From Fibrobacteria bacterium (lineage in GTDB: Bacteria; Fibrobacterota; Fibrobacteria; UBA11236), in assembly GCA_043732185.1 (NCBI GenBank), contig JAYTHY010000046.1, positions 1 through 64,000 of the forward strand: a stretch of 64,000 bases of DNA, given 5' to 3'. How positions within the stretch are numbered: position 1 is the first letter of the stretch; every line of letters begins with the position of its first letter. The notes beneath the pieces were generated by a model. The model made no database searches. It had not been told where the DNA came from and saw only the letters and a list, made by a program, of their open reading frames with translations. Below, in pieces: positions 55,601 to 64,000 of this stretch. The position numbers and the translations under genes were made by a program.

Positions 55601-58338
55601 AAGCCCAGGCCCTTAAGTACTTTCTTTCCCTGCTTCTTGCCCTCATCGGTGACTTTCTTTTTCTGCTCATCGGCCTGCTGCTGTAATTTCTGTTTTTCTG
55701 CATCCAGCCTAGCCTTGGCTTCTCCTTCGAGTTTAGCCTTCTCTGCTTCCGCTCTGACTTTGAGTTCGTCCTTCTTTTTGTTAAAAGCATCCGTCAGGGC
55801 ATTCTTAGCACCGGCTCCAGCTTCCGATGCCATGCGTTTGGAGTCCAGGGCAAAGCTTGGCTTGGACAACAATCCACCAATCAAAAAGTAAACAATCGCC
55901 CGACCGGCTTGATCCTTGGGAACCAAGCTGGCACCGGCTAAGGCGGGTACTTGGGTCAGTTTAGCTACTTCCGAGGTCAGGGCATTTCCTGCGCCCATAA
56001 CCGCCTGACTGAGTCCAGGCGGCAGGTGTGTTTCGAGAGCAAGGTTGAGGGAATTATCAAATCCAACCGATCCAGAAGCAGCCAACGCACCAACTACCGA
56101 TTCATTAATCCGGCAATCCTTAATCAGAAGCTTGCCACCAGCGGCCTCCATATTGGTTTTAAAATTGGAGAAGGTGAATTCATGAAAGGCCAAGGACTTG
56201 CTGACTTTGCCCAAGGCATCGGAAAGCCCTTTGACCATACCCGTCTCCAACACCTTTCCATCCAGAATGCCAAAGTCGATTTTTCCTGTAAGATTGTCAG
56301 CCATGGTTTGGGGAAGCCCATGGGTTTTAACATCCATGTTCAGATTAAATTTGCCAAAAATTGTGCTATCAGCCTTTGATAAGCTTTTCATAATGCGGTT
56401 GGACGTAGGCAGGCGGTCGTTCAGGCGGGAAATGAAATCATTTGCTTCCACCCGCGCGACGTCCAATTTTAAGGCAATATCGGCATTCGTTGTATCCTTA
56501 AGGTCCGCTTTTAAAGTCGAGGAAAATCCGCCGGAATAGAGTGAACCTTTCATGACTGATGTTAAAACACCGGCCGCCAAGGTGGCATGGGAGGTAAAAT
56601 CCGTCATGGCCAAATTCATCAATTGAGTCTTAGCCAGTTTTACTGTGATATCCGCGTCGAGTTTGGGTAGCGCAGGAAAAGCGGTCATGGGCGGGCTTTC
56701 AGCTTCCACCTTTTTGTCCCCGCCGGGAAGCAACTCATCCAAATTAAGAACAGAGGATTGCACCATCAATTTTGCGTGTGTAGTTTGGCCAGCACTGAAT
56801 TTGGGCATGAGCATAGCCAAATAGTTTATAATGGTTCCGGTAAGACTAAGATCCGATTCGCCGATATGAACGGTCAGATTTTCGCCGATCTTGTCGTTGT
56901 CAATTTTAATTTGACCATTTAACTGCACCGCTTTTGGCAGGGCTTTTGAAGCGAGGCTAACGCCTTTAAGTTCCACCTGGCCTTGCGCTTGCAAATTTTG
57001 CGGAGCCTTGGGATCAAGTGGCCCGGAGGCTTTAATCCTAGCCTGAATGAGCCCTTGACCTTTAATATCAGGTCCGGCCATGGCCAGCTTTTGGGCCAAT
57101 GGAATCAGCTTGCCTAGGTCCAGCAGCATATCCAAATTAAAATCCTTGAGGACAGGAACGGGACTATGCAGAGAGGTCACCAGTGCTTCCATGCTAACTG
57201 GGTTACCACCCAAGCTAAAGGCAAACTGTCCGAGCCTAAGACTGTCGCCGGCAACTTGCAGGTCCAGATTCAGGTTCTCGATTGCAGCAGGTAAATCTCT
57301 ATGTTTGATACCACCATCCTTAATGGTGAATTGAGCAGTCACTTCAGGAACTTTTCCGGAGTCCAACCCCCCTTTGATATTCGCCTCTAGGCTGGCTATT
57401 CCACTTGCGGTGAGCTTCGGGACATCAGGCGATAAGCCGGCAGGCACTTCCTTGAGAACCGATGCCAAATGAATATTAGGAGCCGAAAGGCTTAAGTTGA
57501 ATGCCGGTGGTTTGGTAATAAAATGGGTGGCATCACCTTTAATCACAGCGCGAATGTCCTGGAAACTCAATTCTAAAGTTTTGATCTGGAGCTTTTCAGC
57601 GGGAACATTAAGGTGGATATCGTGCCGAATGGTTATCCGGATATTGCCCGTATGGACGCCAGAAACAGAATCCGAAACTTTGATACCCAAGATTTCCAAT
57701 TTGCCTCGGGTATTTACATTTTCAAGCCGCTGGTCCAAGTCCAAGGAAACGGCTTGGTTGATTCGGTCCAGAATGATTTGACGTCCACTTTGTAAATCCC
57801 GAAGTCGGAATCGACCATTTTGAATCACAAAGGATTTAAGGGCAACGGCCGCCGGACTTTCAACACTTGCGGGAGCCCCGCCAGCAGCCGGATTTTTTGA
57901 AGGGTGCACTGAATCTGGTAAAGCAGACCCTGGTTCCGATTTGCCCAAGCCTTCGAAATTATTATGGCCGGTTTTGGAGACTTCGTAAAGGATTTCTGGT
58001 TCAACCAGTTTGATTTCATTAACAACCGGTGAAAACTTAAGCAGGGAAACAAAATCAATGGATAGAGCGAGTTCACGCAATTTAATACAGGGGTCCACAG
58101 AGAAGCCCTGGGCATTAGCCACATTGACCTCCGAGACGGACAGCTTCAGGTTTGGAAAAACCCGAATGGAGACGTCCTCAACAGTTACATCCCGATGCAG
58201 GGCTTCAGTACCGTGTTTATGGATCAACTCTTTAATCTTCGCCGGGGGAAAAGCGAGTTTAATGGCAAGGTAGGCACCTAAACTCAAAATCAAAAGAAGC
58301 GCGATAGCGGCGAGAATTAGTCTTTTGGCAAGTTTCAT
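55597..58338 (-). CDS. AsmA family protein
   Basis: N-terminal TM, ALHRDV.VEDVSI..FP, I.L..P.I.......G.NNF, beta-rich body, charged helical tail. Confidence 0.85.
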   Translation of the reverse strand: MKLAKRLILAAIALLLILSLGAYLAIKLAFPPAKIKELIHKHGTEALHRDVTVEDVSIRVFPNLKLSVSEVNVANAQGFSVDPCIKLRELALSIDFVSLLKFSPVVNEIKLVEPEILYEVSKTGHNNFEGLGKSEPGSALPDSVHPSKNPAAGGAPASVESPAAVALKSFVIQNGRFRLRDLQSGRQIILDRINQAVSLDLDQRLENVNTRGKLEILGIKVSDSVSGVHTGNIRITIRHDIHLNVPAEKLQIKTLELSFQDIRAVIKGDATHFITKPPAFNLSLSAPNIHLASVLKEVPAGLSPDVPKLTASGIASLEANIKGGLDSGKVPEVTAQFTIKDGGIKHRDLPAAIENLNLDLQVAGDSLRLGQFAFSLGGNPVSMEALVTSLHSPVPVLKDFNLDMLLDLGKLIPLAQKLAMAGPDIKGQGLIQARIKASGPLDPKAPQNLQAQGQVELKGVSLASKALPKAVQLNGQIKIDNDKIGENLTVHIGESDLSLTGTIINYLAMLMPKFSAGQTTHAKLMVQSSVLNLDELLPGGDKKVEAESPPMTAFPALPKLDADITVKLAKTQLMNLAMTDFTSHATLAAGVLTSVMKGSLYSGGFSSTLKADLKDTTNADIALKLDVARVEANDFISRLNDRLPTSNRIMKSLSKADSTIFGKFNLNMDVKTHGLPQTMADNLTGKIDFGILDGKVLETGMVKGLSDALGKVSKSLAFHEFTFSNFKTNMEAAGGKLLIKDCRINESVVGALAASGSVGFDNSLNLALETHLPPGLSQAVMGAGNALTSEVAKLTQVPALAGASLVPKDQAGRAIVYFLIGGLLSKPSFALDSKRMASEAGAGAKNALTDAFNKKKDELKVRAEAEKAKLEGEAKARLDAEKQKLQQQADEQKKKVTDEGKKQGKKVLKGLGF

Positions 58339-58394
58339 GAATGGGGCTCCTGGGCAGGGAATTGCCTTAATCTAGTTTTTTGCCATTAAAAATG

Positions 58395-58424
58395 AAAACG
58401 CCACCCTAAATGAGGGTGGCGTTT
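58395..58424 (-). terminator. Intrinsic terminator
   Basis: AAACGCCACCCT-AAATG-AGGGTGGCGTTT perfect stem. Confidence 0.85.
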
Positions 58425-58446
58425 GAATGAGAATTTTTAAAATGAA

Positions 58447-59058
58447 TTAAATGGTGCTAAGCGAGACCATGAAACTGGCATTGGCCTTATTGTCGGTTCC
58501 GACAATGGTTCCCACAGTCACAAGACACAGCTTTCCACCACTGGTCTTGACAATAAACTTTTCACCACCGACAATGACATTGGATGGTGACGCTGTACCG
58601 GCATCAAACGCTACCTTGGCGGCTTCTTGATCCGCAGGCATGGTGGTAATCTTGACGACTTTAAGATCCATGATTTTGGTTACATCGTAGGTATTGGTCA
58701 GATTGATGGAATTTGCAATGCCAGCAAGTCTTGCTGCAGTGGGGTTATCCATGTGGAAGGCAGCCCCGTAAAACATAAATACCAAGTCAATGCTTGGCTG
58801 TGCAGCGTTAGCGGCTGCAGAGGTTAAAGCCACTCCTGCATCAAGGTCAAGAACGGAACCCAGGGTCGCACCTTGAGCACCAGCAGAAATGGTTTTTGCA
58901 GCAACTATTGCCGTGTGGTGTGCAGTATCAACTGTGGCGACCGTGTCTTTCTTTGAATCGGTTAAGCAACCGGTCAAGGTCGTGGTGCTGACCATCATCA
59001 TGCAACCAGCGATAAATCCGCCGGCTAGAATCTTTTTCATATTACCCCAAACCATCAT
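58447..59058 (-). CDS. Lipoprotein of unknown function
   Basis: AAGGAG SD, lipobox LTGC, own terminator. Confidence 0.75.
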   Translation of the reverse strand: MMVWGNMKKILAGGFIAGCMMMVSTTTLTGCLTDSKKDTVATVDTAHHTAIVAAKTISAGAQGATLGSVLDLDAGVALTSAAANAAQPSIDLVFMFYGAAFHMDNPTAARLAGIANSINLTNTYDVTKIMDLKVVKITTMPADQEAAKVAFDAGTASPSNVIVGGEKFIVKTSGGKLCLVTVGTIVGTDNKANASFMVSLSTI

Positions 59059-59231
59059 AGACGCTCCTTAAGGTTTTGATTCATTCAACAACATACTTAC
59101 AGGGGTTAAAATATTAATAATTTGGGGTCATAGCAATAAAAATCGCAATTTGAGACACTTTTTATGCTTACTGAAATATATTGGCTAACTTTTTTAGGAC
59201 TATCGCGTGTTTTGTTTAAGTGACCCTGGGC

Positions 59232-61271
59232 TCAGCCAGCTTCAAGCTTCTGGATTTGGTCGCGAATATAGGCGGCTTTTTCAAACTCCAAATTATCGGC
59301 TGCTTCCTTCATTTTTTTCCGCAAATCCTTAAGTCGGACAGGCCCACGTTCCCCTTCACCTGTTTCACCGGCTTCTGCTCCCCCTGACCTGGTTCCTCCG
59401 GTATATGCCGCAGTATACGCCGCTTCCTCCTCGGCCACCAAAAGCGCGCGCAAATCGGTGGAATAGTCCACTTCGGGCATGAGCTGCAAATGCTGATGGA
59501 TTTCCCGCTGCACGCTGCGTGGCTGCATACCAGTGCGCAGATTCGATTCCTGCTGCTTGGTGCGCCTTTTATTGGTTTCATCGATGGCGTAGCGCATGCT
59601 ATCGGTCATTTTGTCCGCGTACAGCAGGACGCGACCATTCAAATGGCGAGCGGCCCGCCCGATGGTTTGGATCAGGGAACGGTTGCTTCGCAGAAAGCCT
59701 TCTTTATCGGCGTCTAGAATGATGACCAAGGAAACTTCAGGCAAATCCAGCCCTTCTCGAAGCAAATTGATCCCGACTAGAATATCGATTTCGCCTTTGC
59801 GCAATTGTTTAATGATTTCACTGCGAGCCAGGGTATCCGTATCTGAATGCATATAACTGACTTTTAGTCCGGCATTTTCCAGATACTCGGTCAAGTCCTC
59901 GGCGCTGCGCTTGGTCAGCGTGGTGATGAGGGTGCGTTCTTGCCGCTTGGTTCGCAGGGCGATTTCATTCATGATATCATCGATTTGACCCTTGGTGGGT
60001 CGGACCTCGACTTCCGGATCCAATAAGCCTGTAGGCCGAATGATCTGTTCCACCACAATGCCCCCGCTCTTGCGCAATTCATAATCCGCAGGCGTGGCCG
60101 AGACGAAAATCGTGGTGGGAATTTTGGCTTCGAATTCGGCAAATTTTAGGGGGCGATTGTCCAAGGCACAGGGCAGTCGGAAACCATAGTTGACCAGGTT
60201 TTCCTTCCGGGCCCGATCCCCGTTGTACATGGCCGATATTTGCGGAATGGTGACATGGGATTCATCGAGGATAAGCAGGTAATCCTCGCCGAAGAAATCC
60301 ATCAAGGTGGACGGCGGGGTTCCCACAGCACGGTTTTCGATAATGCGGGAATAGTTTTCCACACCCGGGCAGCGGCCTACCTCTTTCAGCATTTCCATAT
60401 CGTACATGGTGCGCTGATTGAGGCGTTGGGCTTCCAGCAATTTATTTTCATTTGTGAAAGTACGTAGCGATTCATCGAGCTCAAGGCGCATGTCCCGCAA
60501 TACCCGTTCCATGCCCTCCTCACTGGTCACATAATGGCGCGCAGGATACAAGAGCACAAGCGGCAACTGTTCCTCTTCTTCACCTGTGATCAAATTGATG
60601 CGGCGGATTTTCTCTACTTCCGGACCAAAAAATTCGAAGCGATAGGCGAAATCATTGTAGGGAGGATGCACTTCCACCACGTCCCCGCGTACGCGAAAGG
60701 TCCCTCGCTTGAAATCGATATCGTTGCGGCTGTAATAGATGTCGATCAATTTGCGTAGGAAATCACCGCGTTCAATCGAGTCGCCGACTTTGACTTCAAG
60801 CATCATTTTCCGGTACTCCACCGGGGAGCCCAATCCGTAAATGCACGATACGGAGGAAACGACGATCACGTCCCGCCGCGACATCAGCGAGGCCGTTGTG
60901 CGCAGGCGCAGCTTGTCGATTTCCTCGTTGATATTGGAATCCTTCTCAATATAAGTATCGGAAGCAGGCACATACGCTTCCGGTTGGTAGTAGTCGTAAT
61001 AGCTGACGAAATACTCTACCGCGTTCTTGGGAAAGAAGGATTTGAACTCCTGATAGAGTTGCGCCGCCAAGGTTTTATTATGGGAAATAATTAATGTGGG
61101 CTTGTCCAAAGCCTGTATTACATTGGCTATGGTGAAGGTTTTACCGGAACCGGTTACTCCCAATAAGGTTTGGAATTTTTCCCCGGATTGGCAGGCAGAA
61201 ACCAACTGGTGGATGGCAGCAGGTTGATCGCCATTTGGGGCGAATGGAGCTTCGAGTTTAAATCCGGCCAT
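59232..61271 (-). CDS. uvrB: Excinuclease ABC subunit B
   Basis: GDQP.AI, GVTGSGKT, HNKTLAAQL, YYDYYQPEAY, DESH, GFRLP.ALDNRPL, REGLDLPEVS, C-terminal UVR domain. Confidence 0.98.
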   Translation of the reverse strand: MAGFKLEAPFAPNGDQPAAIHQLVSACQSGEKFQTLLGVTGSGKTFTIANVIQALDKPTLIISHNKTLAAQLYQEFKSFFPKNAVEYFVSYYDYYQPEAYVPASDTYIEKDSNINEEIDKLRLRTTASLMSRRDVIVVSSVSCIYGLGSPVEYRKMMLEVKVGDSIERGDFLRKLIDIYYSRNDIDFKRGTFRVRGDVVEVHPPYNDFAYRFEFFGPEVEKIRRINLITGEEEEQLPLVLLYPARHYVTSEEGMERVLRDMRLELDESLRTFTNENKLLEAQRLNQRTMYDMEMLKEVGRCPGVENYSRIIENRAVGTPPSTLMDFFGEDYLLILDESHVTIPQISAMYNGDRARKENLVNYGFRLPCALDNRPLKFAEFEAKIPTTIFVSATPADYELRKSGGIVVEQIIRPTGLLDPEVEVRPTKGQIDDIMNEIALRTKRQERTLITTLTKRSAEDLTEYLENAGLKVSYMHSDTDTLARSEIIKQLRKGEIDILVGINLLREGLDLPEVSLVIILDADKEGFLRSNRSLIQTIGRAARHLNGRVLLYADKMTDSMRYAIDETNKRRTKQQESNLRTGMQPRSVQREIHQHLQLMPEVDYSTDLRALLVAEEEAAYTAAYTGGTRSGGAEAGETGEGERGPVRLKDLRKKMKEAADNLEFEKAAYIRDQIQKLEAG

Positions 61272-61348
61272 TCCCAAAATATAGGAAAAGGAGCAAATGG
61301 CCTCCCCTACCTTTTAAACAAGGACGGGAGAGGTTTAAATCAGTGCGG

Positions 61349-62068
61349 TTAAGGAATTTGCGCCAATAGGCGAGCAGCGTCAAAGGCTTCTTTGGATTCC
61401 GGATAGACGCGGGACAGCTTTTCTGCCGTGGCCTTTTCCTTTTCCGAATTCTTTAATTCGCGGTAGGCTAGCGTCAATTTCCACAAAGCATTGGGAACGG
61501 CTGGACTCAAGTCCACCACTTCTTTGCCTTCCACATTTTCAGTGGGTGCACCGGTTTTGCGCGCGAATTTGGAGACGAACTTCTCCAGATTTTCAGCGGC
61601 CAGGGCATAATCCTTTTTTTGCAAATAGCTAGAGGCTAAGCCATGCAAGGCACCGGATGAAATGAGTGCATGGGAACTGGACTGGTCCACGGAAGCAAAG
61701 GCCTTCACGGCTTCATCATATTTGCCCTTGGAGTAGTAAATCTGGCCCAACAGAAGATTGGCTTTGTCCTGAACAAGTCGGGTGTGTCCGGTTTTGACAA
61801 AATCCAGTAGGAAGGTTTGGGCAGCATCCAATTTGTCTTCGCTATACAGGATGTAAACCGGTCCAAGCAGCTTGTTTTCGCTTGCCTGGGAGGCCACTCG
61901 ATCATTATTGAACCAGACTATTCCGGATACGGCTAAAGCAATGCCAGCCAAAATATAGGATGTCAACTTTCCAAAACGCGGCCAGAACTCGATCATAAAC
62001 CAATCCAACAAACTGGTTTCTTTTTCCTGGACTTTTTCCGTAACGGGTACTTGCTTAGAAAGGTTCAT
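61349..62068 (-). CDS. Membrane-anchored TPR protein (YfgM-like)
   Basis: One TM segment followed by TPR helices (LLLGQIYY..GKYDEA..AF); GAGG SD. Confidence 0.8.
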   Translation of the reverse strand: MNLSKQVPVTEKVQEKETSLLDWFMIEFWPRFGKLTSYILAGIALAVSGIVWFNNDRVASQASENKLLGPVYILYSEDKLDAAQTFLLDFVKTGHTRLVQDKANLLLGQIYYSKGKYDEAVKAFASVDQSSSHALISSGALHGLASSYLQKKDYALAAENLEKFVSKFARKTGAPTENVEGKEVVDLSPAVPNALWKLTLAYRELKNSEKEKATAEKLSRVYPESKEAFDAARLLAQIP

Positions 62069-62282
62069 CCCATCCTCTTAGTGACGGTAAAGGTGAAGAC
62101 GAGGAACCGATAGCCCTGCGGACAGATCAGCCCTGAAAAACGGCCCAGAAAGCTAACTAAGCAGCCCCTACTGGTCAAGCTATTTAGGCCCATGGCTGCT
62201 CAAAAAACGCGCCTTTGGACGAGACGAGTCCAAGAGGCTGTGGTATAATCAATCAACTAGGACGCTTCATCCACGGGAAATC

Positions 62283-63683
62283 ATGCAAACTGAAGAAGAA
62301 TCGGAAAACGCCCAGAACCAGGACATGCTCTCCAAGGAATTGGTGATGAGTTCATTGGTTCATGAAGTAACCCGGGTACTCAGCTCCGCGGCCACCTTGA
62401 ATCAAGCCTTGGATGCTTTTCTGCTGGGCATCATGGAATTGACCGGGGTCCAAAATATGGCCCTGTTTGTGGTCCGGGAAGGACAATCCGATCTCATCTC
62501 TACCCATTCCTTAGGTTTGCCGGAAGCCGTTTTAGAGGGCCTGAATCCCCTGCCAAAAGCTGGCCCGATTCAAGACTGCCTCTCCTCCTTAAGACATATT
62601 CTTGTCGACGCCCTACCCGACCACGATCCATTTAAATGTACCGATGCGGGCAGCTATCTCTTGATGCCGGTAACCGCGCGCTTGGCGGAATCCGATCCGG
62701 AAAAGCCTTCGCAGATTCGTTCACTGGGAGTTCTATGGCTGGATACCACGCCACCTGGACCGGAACTTACTGGACAAACCATATCCCACCTTTCCGGCCT
62801 CACTCAACAAGCCGGATTGATCATGGAAACCTTCCGCGCCCAGCGGGAACTGGCTACGGCCAATGTTGAACTCAAAACCATCAACACCAAACTCAATGAA
62901 GCGTACGTCGCCTTAAGCAAAGCCCAAAAGATGATCGACGAAGATTTGGACCGTGCCCGAATCATCCAGAATAATTTGTTGCCTTCTTTCTTTCCCAATC
63001 ATTTGATCCGCCGCATCGCCTTCCGCTACATTCCCGCGGGCATGGTAGGTGGCGACTATTACGATTGCTTTGAACTCGATGCCAATAGGCTTGGCATTGT
63101 GATAGCAGACGTCTCTGGGCATGGTATTGGCGCTGCCCTAGTCATGTCCATGTTCAAGGTGCTGCTGCGTACTTTTTCCGCAGAGGATCCGTCGCCTTGT
63201 TCGGTACTCAATCGCATCAACGCAACCTTTATGCAACAGCAATTGGGCTCCGCCAAGTTCGTCACAGCATTCTATGCCATATTCGACAAACCCGCCCGAA
63301 CATTCACGTTTTGCAATGCCGGTCATGTGGCTCAATTGTTAAGGCATGATGCCGGACTTGGGCCCCCTTGCATGATGGAACTGGCATCCAGCGGATTGGT
63401 GCTAGGCATGTTTGCAGACACTTTTCTGCAGGATGCCACTGTTGAACTGGCCCCCAAGGCGCGGGTTTTTCTTTTCACGGATGGAATCACCGAGGCGCAT
63501 GGTGTGAATGGAAAAATGTTCGGGCTTGAGCCTTTAATGGAGTTGGTACTCGGATCCAATGGAGAACATCCGGCGGCTCTGATCGATTCTTTGATGCAAA
63601 CGCGGGCAGATTTTCTTGGCGGCTCGGAGCAGGCATCAGGTGAATTGGCGGACGACGCCACCCTTGTTATCCTTGACTTGTGA
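62283..63683 (+). CDS. GAF plus SpoIIE/PP2C (RsbU-like) phosphatase
   Basis: ARIIQ..LLP, VGGDYYD, IADVSGHG, NAGH, FTDGITEA, DDATL. Confidence 0.93.
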   Translation: MQTEEESENAQNQDMLSKELVMSSLVHEVTRVLSSAATLNQALDAFLLGIMELTGVQNMALFVVREGQSDLISTHSLGLPEAVLEGLNPLPKAGPIQDCLSSLRHILVDALPDHDPFKCTDAGSYLLMPVTARLAESDPEKPSQIRSLGVLWLDTTPPGPELTGQTISHLSGLTQQAGLIMETFRAQRELATANVELKTINTKLNEAYVALSKAQKMIDEDLDRARIIQNNLLPSFFPNHLIRRIAFRYIPAGMVGGDYYDCFELDANRLGIVIADVSGHGIGAALVMSMFKVLLRTFSAEDPSPCSVLNRINATFMQQQLGSAKFVTAFYAIFDKPARTFTFCNAGHVAQLLRHDAGLGPPCMMELASSGLVLGMFADTFLQDATVELAPKARVFLFTDGITEAHGVNGKMFGLEPLMELVLGSNGEHPAALIDSLMQTRADFLGGSEQASGELADDATLVILDL

Positions 63684-64000
63684 GTCCAACCCAACCCATT
63701 ATTCTCAAGCCTTTTCCGGAATGGGAAAATCGGTTCCGGGCGGGATTTACCACTCGATTAGGCGGATTCAGTTCGGGCCGTTATGCCGGACTCAATCTTG
63801 GCTATCGTTGCGGGGATGATTTCCACACGGCAAATAAAAATTGGGATGCCGTACGATTGGAATCCGGCTTGATGGGGAAACCCCTCATGCTACCTCAGCT
63901 GGTGCATGGAGACGTCATGGCAGATGCGGATTTGACCACAACTACCGATGAACCCATTGCGCCTTTAATCGCCGATGCCATTTACAGTCGGTCGCGTGCT
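63680..64000 (+). CDS. pgeF: PgeF/YfiH family protein (5' partial; not in ORF track)
   Basis: Manual translation from GTG 63680: ...AGFTTRLGGFS.G.YAGLNLG...GDD......NW...QLVHG...ADAI; runs off the window end. Confidence 0.88.
   Translation, partial: MSPTQPIILKPFPEWENRFRAGFTTRLGGFSSGRYAGLNLGYRCGDDFHTANKNWDAVRLESGLMGKPLMLPQLVHGDVMADADLTTTTDEPIAPLIADAIYSRSRA

Noticed and set aside
62070..62280. ncRNA or riboswitch in the divergent intergenic region
   Set aside because: No recognisable conserved motif or convincing stems; a covariance-model search would be needed.

Overview
Bacterial chromosome segment, most likely Fibrobacterota. This is inferred from a TIGR02147-like ORF and an exact Fibrobacter-type LexA box upstream of recA. 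Positions 1-~24,575 are an accessory island whose right edge is the 3' end of tRNA-Gly(CCC); the left edge and any integrase lie outside the window. The island carries a heavy-metal/copper locus: a CzcCBA/CusCBA-type RND pump, a YncE-like propeller lipoprotein, two paralogous two-domain multicopper-oxidase lipoproteins, a degenerate P-II protein and a DUF3347 lipoprotein. It also holds an SGNH+MBOAT O-acylation pair, a catalytically dead IS630-derived ORF and an orphan PD-(D/E)XK nuclease. Two candidates for undescribed biology stand out. (i) A three-member family of Cys/His-rich exported ORFs; the two full-length copies end in PRPQN[KR]SSPPI[FY]L, and in the copy ahead of the pump the Pro-Pro codons are followed directly by a 7-nt complement of the tolC Shine-Dalgarno (candidate metal-sensing ribosome-stalling leader). 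(ii) Two tandem att-like modules at the island edge share GTGTCCAC arm repeats but have different tRNA cores (intact Gly; 3' half of a probable Arg). Positions 24,890-64,000 are core genome (ndk, glpQ/glpD, rplU-rpmA, mutY, recA, cinA, yicC, phoH, tRNA-Val/Asp, glgB, asmA, uvrB, partial pgeF) plus large lineage-specific lipoproteins, one with 12 Cys-Pro repeats. All calls come from reading motifs; no database searches were run.
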